From Candidatus Latescibacterota bacterium (GTDB taxonomy: Bacteria; Latescibacterota; UBA2968; UBA8231): DNA of 64,000 nucleotides. Within the stretch, counting starts at the first letter, position 1, and each line of letters begins with the position of its first letter. Both the position numbers and the translations under genes were made by a program. Below are positions 27,397-37,104 of this stretch, one piece after another. Under the pieces are notes generated by a model. That model worked only from the letters and a program-made list of their open reading frames with translations. It ran no database searches and was not told the DNA's origin. The DNA lies in NCBI GenBank assembly GCA_965203175.1, contig OZ241867.1, positions 4,960,001 through 5,024,000 on the forward strand, in the 5' to 3' direction.

Positions 27397-28326
27397 ATGC
27401 AGTCCACTTCTTCTCCATCCTCGCCCCTCTTCCCCGGGTTTACCAAACACCGCCTCTCTCTCGCCGACCAAGTCGAAATGGCGTATATCGACAATGGCGG
27501 TAGCGGCGACCAACCCCCCTTAGTTCTGCTGCACGGCATCTTTGACAACAAGGCCACGTGGTTCCGCTTGGCCGCACGCCTGCCCGGCCACCGCATCATC
27601 GCACCCGACTTGATCGGCCACGGGCACAGCAGCAAGCCGACCTTTGCCGCACGCCCAGCGCACGAGCGCTACTCGCCGGACATGCAGGTCGGCTACCTCG
27701 CAGCCTTCATCGCCGCGCTGGATTCGGACGACGCAATCCTCGTGGGCAACTCGCTCGGCGGAGGCCTAGCCCTGCGCCTGTACCTCGACTTCCCTGCGCT
27801 CGCGACCAAAGTGCGCGGGCTGGTGCTCATCGACGCAGCCGGCTACCCGCACAAACTCCCCGTGCACGTGCGCACCCTCGGCAGCTATCCGGGCAAGCTG
27901 TTGACCTACGCTTCGGTCCACACCCTAGCGCGAACCTGCGGCCTGTTGCGCTTAGCCGCTTGGCGCACCTTCCGGCGCTGCTTCTACGACCGAGGCAAAA
28001 TCCCCCCCGAACTCGCAACGGTCGCCCGCGCCGCACTTGAGACGCCCAACGCCACGTATGCCTACCACTACTCCGCGCGGAACCTCATCCCCCCCGACAT
28101 AGCAACGTTCCACCAGCGCTTTGGCGACATCACCTGCCCGACCTTGGTCTTGTGGGGCCAGCAGGACCGCATCCTACCCGTGCGCTCGGCCCAGCTCTTC
28201 GCCGCTGCGCTGCCCCGCGCCGATCTACACGTCTTCCCCAATTGCGGACACGCGCCCCACCTCGAATACCCCGACGAGACAGCCGACTGCATAAAACGGT
28301 GGATAAAAGAGCGCGATATTGCATAA
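27397..28326 (+). CDS. Alpha/beta hydrolase
   Basis: LLHG, DLIGHGHS, GNSLGG nucleophile elbow, WGQQD, CGHAPHLE; start approximate. Confidence 0.88.
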   Translation: MQSTSSPSSPLFPGFTKHRLSLADQVEMAYIDNGGSGDQPPLVLLHGIFDNKATWFRLAARLPGHRIIAPDLIGHGHSSKPTFAARPAHERYSPDMQVGYLAAFIAALDSDDAILVGNSLGGGLALRLYLDFPALATKVRGLVLIDAAGYPHKLPVHVRTLGSYPGKLLTYASVHTLARTCGLLRLAAWRTFRRCFYDRGKIPPELATVARAALETPNATYAYHYSARNLIPPDIATFHQRFGDITCPTLVLWGQQDRILPVRSAQLFAAALPRADLHVFPNCGHAPHLEYPDETADCIKRWIKERDIA

Positions 28327-28389
28327 GTACCTATATTTGAAGAAATAAAAATTTGCCCTCCCATTTTTTCCCTTCCCATAAATATGCCG

Positions 28390-28417
28390 GCAACTATTAT
28401 CTAGTACCGGCGTCTAA
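28390..28417 (+). promoter_or_regulatory. ECF-sigma-type promoter candidate
   Basis: GCAAC-N16-CGTCTAA upstream of the small ORF at 28451. Confidence 0.4.
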
Positions 28418-28450
28418 GCTACAGAAAACCTTTTGCCAAGGAGGGACAAC

Positions 28451-28660
28451 ATGCCACTCTATCGCCACGTAGAAGCTTCGGGAGGCCCAGACGATATCCT
28501 CGTGATTGAGGATCCGGGAATGCTCGGGCAGGACCAGCCTAGTTTCGAATTTATCGACTCGCGTACCATCAAGGCCCATCCCCTCATCATCGAGGCCCTA
28601 ATCGCTGACTCCGAGCGTTTGTGGACTCTCGAAGAAATACTCGCCGACGTAGAGGGATGA
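28451..28660 (+). CDS. Small acidic hypothetical protein (69 aa)
   Basis: Strong AAGGAGGG RBS before ATG; intergenic location with no competing gene. Confidence 0.6.
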   Translation: MPLYRHVEASGGPDDILVIEDPGMLGQDQPSFEFIDSRTIKAHPLIIEALIADSERLWTLEEILADVEG

Positions 28661-28844
28661 CGCGCTGCTCGCCCTAGCGCGTCACTTAGCAAAAAACACC
28701 TGTTAGTCCCTCCCCCCGACCTCTCCTTCTCTACGGCAAAAATTCAGTCCACCCCTAGCCATCTACGTTATTATAAGTAGGACGGCAATCTACGTTTGTA
28801 ATATATTGCCCTGCAGGATATCCACATCCAACGCATGAGGCCCC

Positions 28845-29060
28845 ATGAGTTCACCTGAGTTGCGCTTTGAGTGCCCCAAATGCCATCACACCTCCTGCGA
28901 GACCGGCGAAATCCGCGCCTCTGGCGGTTTTTGGTCCAAGATATTCGACGTGCAAAACCGCAAGCTGACAACCGTAACTTGTGAGCAGTGCCGCTACACC
29001 GAATTCTACGCAGCCGACAGCTCGCGCCTCGGCCACATCTTCGACCTCTTCACGGGATAG
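28845..29060 (+). CDS. Zinc-ribbon domain protein
   Basis: CPKC...GGFWSKIFDVQN...CEQCRYTEFY, typical of small nucleic-acid-binding zinc ribbons. Confidence 0.8.
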   Translation: MSSPELRFECPKCHHTSCETGEIRASGGFWSKIFDVQNRKLTTVTCEQCRYTEFYAADSSRLGHIFDLFTG

Positions 29061-29069
29061 CGGCAGCGG

Positions 29070-30461
29070 TCAATTGTAATCCGGTCCACCGACCGGCCCC
29101 AGCAACGCGCGATTTTCCTCGGGCGTCTCCATTTCGTCGAGAAAGTCCGCCAAGGATTGCTGCATCCGCCGAGCTATCTCTGGATGCTCGCCGATCACAT
29201 TCGTCTGCTGCTGAGGGTCGGCCTGCATGTCGTACAGCTCGGGCGCACCGCCGTGCTCGCCATACGCCAAGTAAGTCCAGCGCTCGTCAGTCACCGTCGG
29301 CCCGCCATTGCGAATAAAGGTTGAACTGAAAGCGTACTGCCGCGGCCACGCGGCCAACCCGGCCAGCAGCGGCGCGAGCGAGTACCCGTGCACCGCGAGG
29401 TCGCTCTTTTCCACGCCAGCTAAAGCCAGCAGCGTCGGCAGCAAATCCACCGATTGCGTCAATGCGCTCACCCGCCGTCCGCCCACAACCTCGGGGGCGG
29501 CGATCATCAGCGGGATGTGGCTGATCTCTTCGTACAGGGGCCAGACGCGGTCGTCGTCGGGGTGGATGTTGGACTTGCCCGTACGATTGTGCTCGCCGAC
29601 GAACATGCCGTGATCCGAGGTAAAGATCACCACGCTGTTGTCGAATAGCCCGAGCTCTTCAATTTTGTCCAACACATAGCCGATCCACTTATTGACCAAG
29701 TAAACCTCAGCCGCGTAGTGCGCTTGGAGATTGGCCAGTTCCTCTTTGGTATAGGCGGTCGCTGGGCCGTAGTTGGGATGGATCATCGGCGAGCCGTCGT
29801 ACCCTGATGAGTCATAGCGGCCCACGAGATGTTCCGGCGGATCCCACGGCTCGTGCGCGTCGAAAAAATCCACCCACAGCAAAAACGGCTCGCAGCCGCG
29901 ATTTTCCTCCAGCCAGCGGCTCGCCGTCTGCGCCGTGCGCACGCAGAAGCGGTCTTCTTCCCAAGCCCAGTCGCGGTTGGTCCACGCGTGCAAAGTCGCC
30001 AAATTGCCAAAGCGCGACTGAGCCAAATGCGGATCGACGCGCGTCTTCGCCCCGTCAACCTCCATGCGCGGCGGCAGATTGCCCTTCAACAGCGGCTTGT
30101 CTCCTTCCTGCCCCCGAATCCAATATGCCCCGTCAAACCCCCGGTCAAAATGGTGGACGCCCTTCATCAGATGCGGCGTGTCGCAGATAAGCTGGCTGTG
30201 GTAGCCAACCGCGCCGAAAATCGTGCTCAGCACCGGGATGTCTGCGTCGAGAGGTTTCCAGCCGTGGAAGGGAAAACTGTAGCGGCCAGTAAAGAGATCA
30301 GTGCGGTTGGGAATGGTCGGAAAGCTCGACAAATAGTGCCGGTCGAAGCACACCGCCCGCTCGGCAAAGCGGTCGAGCGCCGCCGTGCCGATCCACGCAT
30401 TGCCGTTGCATCCCAAATAGTCGTAGCGAAAGGTGTCGCTGACCAATACGATGATGTTCAT
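29070..30461 (-). CDS. Sulfatase-like hydrolase (alkaline phosphatase superfamily), Thr at the nucleophile position
   Basis: NIIVLVSDTFR, TIPNRTDLFTG, DAHEPW, FTSDHG, ELYDMQADP. Confidence 0.85.
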   Translation of the reverse strand: MNIIVLVSDTFRYDYLGCNGNAWIGTAALDRFAERAVCFDRHYLSSFPTIPNRTDLFTGRYSFPFHGWKPLDADIPVLSTIFGAVGYHSQLICDTPHLMKGVHHFDRGFDGAYWIRGQEGDKPLLKGNLPPRMEVDGAKTRVDPHLAQSRFGNLATLHAWTNRDWAWEEDRFCVRTAQTASRWLEENRGCEPFLLWVDFFDAHEPWDPPEHLVGRYDSSGYDGSPMIHPNYGPATAYTKEELANLQAHYAAEVYLVNKWIGYVLDKIEELGLFDNSVVIFTSDHGMFVGEHNRTGKSNIHPDDDRVWPLYEEISHIPLMIAAPEVVGGRRVSALTQSVDLLPTLLALAGVEKSDLAVHGYSLAPLLAGLAAWPRQYAFSSTFIRNGGPTVTDERWTYLAYGEHGGAPELYDMQADPQQQTNVIGEHPEIARRMQQSLADFLDEMETPEENRALLGPVGGPDYN

Positions 30462-30501
30462 AGAAAATCTGCTCCTTGTGTTTACAATCTGCCGTGGCGC
30501 T

Positions 30502-31395
30502 TCACGACGACAGCGCGCGGCGCAACGCACCCTCCAATTCGGGATACGCAAACTCGAAACCCGCTTCCAATAGCCGCGTTGGTAGCACTCGCTGGCTAGC
30601 CAGCAATCCCTCCTCGGCCAACTCGCCCAAGAGCAGCTTGGCGGCAAACGCCGGCAGCGGCAACAGCGTCGGCCGCCGTAGCACGCGCCCCAACGTCCGC
30701 GTCAATTCGGCGTTAGTCACCTGCTGCGGTGCGGTCAGGTTCACCGGCCCGCGCAAGGCGTCGTTTTCCACCGCATAAACCAGCGCTGCTATCGCGTCTT
30801 CCAAGCTAATCCAACCAACGTACTGCCGCCCGTCGCCGATCTTGCCACCCACCCCCAAGCGGAAGGGCAACAGCATCTTGGCCAGCGCTCCGCCTCGGCG
30901 ACTGAGGACAATACCCAAGCGGGCCTGCACGACGCGGATACCAGCCTCAGATGCCACAGTACTCGCCCCCTCCCACGCTCGGCCCAACTCGGCCAAAAAC
31001 CCCTCGCCAGTGTCGCTTTCCTCGTCTAACTCCTCGTCGCGCCGATGGCCGTAAATGCCGATGGCCGACGCACAGACCAGCACCCTCGGCAGCGCAGCCA
31101 ATCCCGCCAAGCGCGTAGCGAGTAGCTGCGTCGTCTGCACCCTACTCTGGCGCAACTGCTCCTTGACGGCGGCAGTCCAGCGCCCGGCAGCTATGTTCCG
31201 GCCCCCTAAATGCACTGCCGCCTCTATTCCCTCTAGGGTCTCTTGCTCTAACTCGCCGGCTTCTGGATCCCAGCGCAACTCCCCTTGCGCCGGCTCCCGC
31301 CGCACCAAGCGCACTATCTCGTGCCCTTCGCGCTCCAACCGGCTACAGAGCGCCGTACCGATCAAGCCGCTACTGCCCGCTACCAATATTTTCAC
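30502..31395 (-). CDS. TIGR01777/YfcH-like NAD-dependent epimerase
   Basis: GSSGLIG, SAIGIYG, GGALAKML.PFRLGVGG, SQRVLP; GTG start with AGGAG RBS. Confidence 0.9.
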   Translation of the reverse strand: MKILVAGSSGLIGTALCSRLEREGHEIVRLVRREPAQGELRWDPEAGELEQETLEGIEAAVHLGGRNIAAGRWTAAVKEQLRQSRVQTTQLLATRLAGLAALPRVLVCASAIGIYGHRRDEELDEESDTGEGFLAELGRAWEGASTVASEAGIRVVQARLGIVLSRRGGALAKMLLPFRLGVGGKIGDGRQYVGWISLEDAIAALVYAVENDALRGPVNLTAPQQVTNAELTRTLGRVLRRPTLLPLPAFAAKLLLGELAEEGLLASQRVLPTRLLEAGFEFAYPELEGALRRALSS

Positions 31396-31602
31396 CAGCC
31401 GATCTCCTTGGGAAAATCGAAGAATTAGTTGCTACTAAAACGCATTCTCGCATTCGACACAAGGCTGGCCTTGGGGCAGGTAGCGGCTCCACACTCGTGC
31501 GCTTGACCCGGTCTGTTCCCCTTGTTTTTCTCTTATAGAAACAAGCAGGCTGTCCCATTTGCCGGACCAACATCGGCCCCACTTTCACAGCAAGGATGCA
31601 TC

Positions 31603-33105
31603 ATGCCTGACGATTATGGAAGCACTACTGCAACTTGGGGCAACTCCACGGGACGCGTTTCTACCCGACATGGCAAACAAGCTAATGGCACAGCCTTTAA
31701 CGCAGCAGATTGGATCGGCCGGCTAGCAGCAGCACTTGAAGACGTTGCCGCGCAGGCGCGACCTGCTTTCCCCTTTTCACCAGAGACCCCACACTACGGC
31801 CCGCTAGACGAATACTGGCCGAGCATACACCAGCAATACCGAGATCTCGCCGCTCGCACAAAGCACGATCCCGACGCCGCGAAGCTCTTCGCAGAATCCC
31901 ACCTCTGGCTCAAGTCCGATCCTGCAGAAGCAAGAGCAATCCTGCGGGAGCATCCCTTGCTGCGACCGGGACTGATAGGTTTGAGCAAGCGCGAAGGGGT
32001 CGGCTTCATTCTGCCCACGCACGATTGGTTCCACGTCGACCTGAAATCCCTCGTGTCCCATCTGGCCAAACGCGCTATGAAGGATAGCGGGGAGCAGGCG
32101 GCGCAATTGCTGCACCGCTATCTGACGGCCGGAGAGGAAGCCAATCTCCCGGCATACGAGATCACGCTCTTGCACGGCTTGAAACTCGACCGGCGCTTCG
32201 ATCTTGGCAGCGAAGCCTATCTGGCTCCCTACGAGGACGCCAAGGCAACCTATGGCCTGCCCGACGAACCCGAGAAGTGGCTCAACGGCGCTGGCCGGAA
32301 TCCCCGTCCCGTTAGCACGGCCGCGCTCGTGCGCAGTCTAAGGTGGGGGCCAGGCGTCGCACCTCCTCCAGACGACGGCAATTTTTCCAATAAGTCCTGC
32401 CGCGCGTGCGCCCCGAAAGTGAAGTACCGCTTCCCCGGTGACTACGAGCTCGACCTTGCAAACCGCTTTCCAGACGACAGCAAAGTCCTAATTGATCTGC
32501 TGTCGATCGCCACGAGAAGTCCGCTGATCTCCCACACGAGCTTCGTCCGCGTCGCCAAGTGGGTCGAGGAGATTGATCCCAACTTTGCTTGCGGTTTTCG
32601 CAGCTCCTCTGCCTACTTGTCCGATGCATGGCCCAAGGAACACCAATTCTGCCAGCACGATGCAGCTACTTTCGCTGCATTGGCCAGCCGCTGGTGTACC
32701 TATCGCGGCAAGCGCGATGTTATCGACCTGGCGATCCGCCGCCTCGCCGCCTCTTTCGCTCGGGGCGGCGGCCCCTTTAGCGCGGAGGACCGCATCCTCG
32801 ATGTCTCCATCGCCTTGGAGATCATGTACGGTCCGATCAAACATAAACTGACCTACCAACTGGCGACCCGGGCGAAACGCCTACTCGGCCAAGGCACCGA
32901 CCAACGCGGCTGGATATCCGCTAGAGTAAAGTCCTTCTACGAAGTCCGTTCGGCCATCGTGCACGGGCAAAAGAAGATCAAAGGCGGTCGCCGCGCTATC
33001 GACAAGGCACTGGAGGACGGCCGCGACCTAGCCTGCCTCACGCTCTCGGAATTGCTATCCCGAGGGCCGGTAAGGAATTGGAATAAACCCATGGGGGACA
33101 TATAA
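31603..33105 (+). CDS. HEPN domain protein (ApeA-like)
   Basis: C-terminal LDVSIALE..YEVRSAIVHG (R-x4-H); start approximate. Confidence 0.75.
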   Translation: MPDDYGSTTATWGNSTGRVSTRHGKQANGTAFNAADWIGRLAAALEDVAAQARPAFPFSPETPHYGPLDEYWPSIHQQYRDLAARTKHDPDAAKLFAESHLWLKSDPAEARAILREHPLLRPGLIGLSKREGVGFILPTHDWFHVDLKSLVSHLAKRAMKDSGEQAAQLLHRYLTAGEEANLPAYEITLLHGLKLDRRFDLGSEAYLAPYEDAKATYGLPDEPEKWLNGAGRNPRPVSTAALVRSLRWGPGVAPPPDDGNFSNKSCRACAPKVKYRFPGDYELDLANRFPDDSKVLIDLLSIATRSPLISHTSFVRVAKWVEEIDPNFACGFRSSSAYLSDAWPKEHQFCQHDAATFAALASRWCTYRGKRDVIDLAIRRLAASFARGGGPFSAEDRILDVSIALEIMYGPIKHKLTYQLATRAKRLLGQGTDQRGWISARVKSFYEVRSAIVHGQKKIKGGRRAIDKALEDGRDLACLTLSELLSRGPVRNWNKPMGDI

Positions 33106-34602
33106 ATGACAGAATCGACGCAACGCGACTTTGACCCGCGCCGTCTGCAACTGGCGTCGGATCCGTACCGTCCAGCATACCACTTTCTAGCCCCGATCAA
33201 CTGGATGAACGACCCAAACGGGACCATTTTCTGGAAGGGCCGATACCACATCTTTTACCAGTACAATCCCAATGGCGCTTTCCACGGCACGATCCATTGG
33301 GGCCACGCCTCCAGTGCGGATTTGGTTCACTGGACGGACCATCCCATTGCGCTGCCGCCCGGCCCAGAGGGAGCCGACCGGGACCAGTGCTACAGCGGCG
33401 CGGCGTTTATCAACAAAGAAGGGGTACCCACATTCATCTATCACGGCTTGCCGGATGGCATCTGTCTCGCCACCAGCGACGATGATATGCTCATCCATTG
33501 GGAAAAGCACCCGGCGAACCCGATTATACCCAATCCGCAGTCAGGCGATGAATATCGGATTGCTGGTGCCCCGTGCGCTTGGGTCGAAGGAGATACCTAC
33601 TACGCACTGACCGGCAACAGCGGTGCTGCCCCGCCAGACGCGGCGTATCTATTCACCTCCACAGACCTCGCACATTGGGAGTATTTGCATCCCTTCTACG
33701 AGGGCGGCCGTTTCACCGAGTGGGGCGAGGACTGCGGCTGTCCCGATTTTTTTCGTTTGGGGGACAAACATATCCTGTCCTTCACCAGTCACCCGCGCGG
33801 GGCGCAATTCTACATCGGCACGTACGCCAACCACAGGTTCACCCCGGAACGCCACAAGCGATTAGCACTCGGCGAAACAGGTCGTCCCGGTGTGTACAAC
33901 GAGGGCTTGACGCTGCTGGACGACAAGGGCCGACGCATTCTATTCGGCCGCCTCCACGAAGGACGCTATAGTTACGTCCAACGCGCCTCGGGCTGGGCGG
34001 GGATGTTTGCCCTGCCGATGGTGCTGTCGTTGTCCGAGGGCGGAGATTTGCTCGTGGAACCCGTTCCAGAGCTAGAGGCGTTGCGCGGCGAGCACGCGCA
34101 CTCTTCCGACATCCAATTGACCGCGGACGAAGATTGTCACCTCGATGCAATCAAAGGGAACCGGCTGGAAATTCGCGCGGTGTTTGAATGGGAGAGCGCC
34201 GAAGAATTCGGCCTAAAGGTTTGCTGTTCTCCAGACGGCGCAGAGCAAACCCTCATTCGCTTCAACCTCAATCCATGGTCAGCCAACCGCGCGCCGCAAG
34301 AGATTCGCCCGCTCAGGGAGTTGATTTTGGACGTAAGTCGGTCCAGCATCAGTCCAGAGGTGAGCAACCGCGAATCCCAACGGTGTGCGTTTGATCTCCC
34401 TTACGGCGAGCCGCTAGAATTGCGGGTATTCGTGGATCGGAGCGTGGTAGAGGTTTTTGCCAATGACCGCCACTATCTGGCCAAGCGCATCTATCCCGCC
34501 CGCCCAGATAGCCTCGGCGTACAGCTATTTGCCCGAGGCGGCAAGGCGACCGTGCGATCGCTAGACGTGTGGCAGATGGGGGCGGTCTGGCATATTGAAT
34601 AG
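33106..34602 (+). CDS. Glycoside hydrolase family 32-like protein with degenerate catalytic motifs
   Basis: WMNDPNG, WGHA.S.DLVHW, SG, C-terminal DRSVVEVF..RIYP; RDP and EC motifs altered. Confidence 0.88.
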   Translation: MTESTQRDFDPRRLQLASDPYRPAYHFLAPINWMNDPNGTIFWKGRYHIFYQYNPNGAFHGTIHWGHASSADLVHWTDHPIALPPGPEGADRDQCYSGAAFINKEGVPTFIYHGLPDGICLATSDDDMLIHWEKHPANPIIPNPQSGDEYRIAGAPCAWVEGDTYYALTGNSGAAPPDAAYLFTSTDLAHWEYLHPFYEGGRFTEWGEDCGCPDFFRLGDKHILSFTSHPRGAQFYIGTYANHRFTPERHKRLALGETGRPGVYNEGLTLLDDKGRRILFGRLHEGRYSYVQRASGWAGMFALPMVLSLSEGGDLLVEPVPELEALRGEHAHSSDIQLTADEDCHLDAIKGNRLEIRAVFEWESAEEFGLKVCCSPDGAEQTLIRFNLNPWSANRAPQEIRPLRELILDVSRSSISPEVSNRESQRCAFDLPYGEPLELRVFVDRSVVEVFANDRHYLAKRIYPARPDSLGVQLFARGGKATVRSLDVWQMGAVWHIE

Positions 34603-34636
34603 GGCCGTTTCGCGGTTTTAGCTGTGGAACGCTGAA

Positions 34637-35995
34637 CTAGGTCGGCTCCCAGCCCTTTTGCCGCAGTTCCTCTTCCAACAGGCCCAAACACTCGTCGATA
34701 ATGGCCAGAGACGCGTCGAGTTGTTCTTGCGTAATGATCAACGGCGGATAAAAGCGCAAATCGTCGCCCTCGACCCAATCGGCTCCCCCGCTAGCGCCCG
34801 AAATAGCCAAGCCCCGTTCCAAGGTCAGTTGAGGCACGCGCCGCGACACACCCCACTCGGGGGGAAAGGGCTTGCGGCTGCGGCGATCCTGGACCAGTTC
34901 AATGCCCAACATTAGGCCCTTACCGCGCACTTGGCCGACGCAAGCATGGCGCGTTAAGCCCTGGGCCTTTTCCTGCAAATAGTCCCCGACTTGAGCGGCG
35001 TGTTCTACGATGCCTTCTTCTTTTAGCAACTCCAGTACGGCCAAGCCAGCGCGCATAGACACCGGATTATTGACATAGGTAAAAACGTGCGGCAGAGCTT
35101 GGCCGCTGCGGGTGAGGTCCTGCCGCATCTGTCCGCTCAGTAACACCCCTCCTAAGGGAGCGTACCCGCTGCTGGCCCCTTTGCCGAAAACGATCATATC
35201 GGGCACCACATCCCAGTGCTCAATGGCAAAGAGTTTGCCGGTGCGGCCAAAGCCAGTGATGATCTCGTCGGCGATAAAGAGGACGTCGTGCTCGTCGCAT
35301 ATCTGACGGATGAGAGGGTAGTAGTCGGACGGCGGAACCCCGGCGGCAATCCCGGCCATGACCACCGGCTCGGCGATAAAAGCGGCGATATTATCCGCTC
35401 CTACCTCGCGGATGGTCTCTTCTAACTGACGGGCACATGTCAAATTGCAGTGATCTTCGCAACCGGCAAAAGCACAGCGGTAGGGATAGCACGAGGCTAT
35501 GTGCGGAAAAGTCGGCAGATATGGCTCAAAGGGTGCTCGCAGCCCCGGCATCCCGGTAGCAGCCAAAGCACCCAAGGTAGCACCGTGATAGCCGCGCCAG
35601 CGACCAATGATCTGGTGCTTTTGCGCCTGGCCCCGCTGCACATGGTACAGGCGGGCCAGTTTAATAGCCGTCTCCACGCCTTCAGAGCCGCCCGAGACAA
35701 AGTACGCGTGGTTCAAATCGCCGGGGGCCAATTCGGCCAAGCGGTGGGCGTACTCGAGGGCTGGCTGGTTGGTAAAAAACGTCGAAAAGCAATAGGCCAA
35801 CTCCCGTCCCTGGTCGGCCATGGCCTCGACGATGGCGTGACGACCGTGGCCCAAGGTGACGTTGCCAGCCCCGGCCGTGCCGTCGATATAGCGATTGCCC
35901 GCTTCGTCGTATAAGTAAATCCCCTCGCCCTTGACGAGGACCGGGTAAGTGTAGTGTGGGTCGCGGTGGAGAAGCGCTGGGTCGGTGGTGGTCAT
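34637..35995 (-). CDS. Class III PLP aminotransferase
   Basis: GGSEGVETA, YHG, FIAEPV, DEIITGFGRTG, GKGASSGY. Confidence 0.92.
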   Translation of the reverse strand: MTTTDPALLHRDPHYTYPVLVKGEGIYLYDEAGNRYIDGTAGAGNVTLGHGRHAIVEAMADQGRELAYCFSTFFTNQPALEYAHRLAELAPGDLNHAYFVSGGSEGVETAIKLARLYHVQRGQAQKHQIIGRWRGYHGATLGALAATGMPGLRAPFEPYLPTFPHIASCYPYRCAFAGCEDHCNLTCARQLEETIREVGADNIAAFIAEPVVMAGIAAGVPPSDYYPLIRQICDEHDVLFIADEIITGFGRTGKLFAIEHWDVVPDMIVFGKGASSGYAPLGGVLLSGQMRQDLTRSGQALPHVFTYVNNPVSMRAGLAVLELLKEEGIVEHAAQVGDYLQEKAQGLTRHACVGQVRGKGLMLGIELVQDRRSRKPFPPEWGVSRRVPQLTLERGLAISGASGGADWVEGDDLRFYPPLIITQEQLDASLAIIDECLGLLEEELRQKGWEPT

Positions 35996-35997
35996 CT

Positions 35998-37101
35998 TTA
36001 TCCATCCTCATCTAATTTTGGCAACACCTCGCGCAACACCTTCGCAAAGGCTTGCCGCTCGGCTGCCGGCCCCACAGTCAGACGGATGCAGCGGTCGAGC
36101 GGGGCCACGCCCGGCATCCGCACGAAAACTCCGTGCTGCAAGAGCACCTGCATCAGGCTCCGCGCACGCTCGCCACTGACCACGTCAAGCGCCACGAAGT
36201 TAGTCGCCGAGGGCACCGTTTTCAGTCCCAATTCCACTGCCAGCGCCTCGTAATCCCGCCGTCCTTCCTCCACTTGCCGCACCACCGAGTGCACAAACTC
36301 ATCGTCGCCCAGCGAAGCCAGCGCCCCAGCTTGGGCAATGCGATTGACGCCAAAGTGATTGCGCACCTTGTCGAGCGCGGCCACCATGTCGCGGTGCGCC
36401 AGCGCGTAGCCGACCCTAGCTCCGGCCATGCCGTGCGCCTTGGAAAACGTCCGCAGCCGCACCACCTGTGCCCGTTCTGTATCCAGCGGCAACAGAGCAT
36501 CCTCCGGCGCGAAGTCGATATACGCCTCGTCGAGCAGCAACACACAATCCGGCGGCAACCCCGCGATAAAATCCCGCAACTCGTCAACCCGCTGATAGGT
36601 GCCCATGGGATTGTCGGGATTGGCCACGTAAATCAGCTTGGGACGCACTTGCCGCGCCTTGTCCAACAGGGCCGGCAAATCCTCCCGGTCCGCGCGATAG
36701 GGCACCTTGTGCAATACCGCCCCGTGCCCCTCGACATGGTAGTTAAACGTCGGATAGGCCCCCAGCGACGTCACCACCGCATCGCCCGGCTCGGCGAAGA
36801 GACGCACTAGTAGCCCCAACAGTTCATCAATCCCCGCGCCCAAGGCGACCTCTTCCCGCGCCACCCCATGCCGCACCGCCAGCGCCGAGCGCAGCTCGTA
36901 TCCCTCTGGATCGTTGTACCAATGCACTTGATCCACCGCCTCCACCATGGCCTGCCGCGCCTTCGGCGAAATCCCAAAATTGCTCTCGTTAGCCCCAACC
37001 CGCAGGGCAAGCGGCTGTCCCTGCTCCCTCTCCAGCGCCTCGGGTGGCACAAAGGGAACGGTCGCTGGCAAAGCGCGGACGATGTGCGTAAACGGCAGCA
37101 C
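35998..37101 (-). CDS. HisC-like class I/II PLP aminotransferase
   Basis: GANE, ANPDNPMG, DEAY, RTFSKAHGMAGARVGY; GTG start. Confidence 0.88.
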   Translation of the reverse strand: MLPFTHIVRALPATVPFVPPEALEREQGQPLALRVGANESNFGISPKARQAMVEAVDQVHWYNDPEGYELRSALAVRHGVAREEVALGAGIDELLGLLVRLFAEPGDAVVTSLGAYPTFNYHVEGHGAVLHKVPYRADREDLPALLDKARQVRPKLIYVANPDNPMGTYQRVDELRDFIAGLPPDCVLLLDEAYIDFAPEDALLPLDTERAQVVRLRTFSKAHGMAGARVGYALAHRDMVAALDKVRNHFGVNRIAQAGALASLGDDEFVHSVVRQVEEGRRDYEALAVELGLKTVPSATNFVALDVVSGERARSLMQVLLQHGVFVRMPGVAPLDRCIRLTVGPAAERQAFAKVLREVLPKLDEDG

Positions 37102-37104
37102 GAG

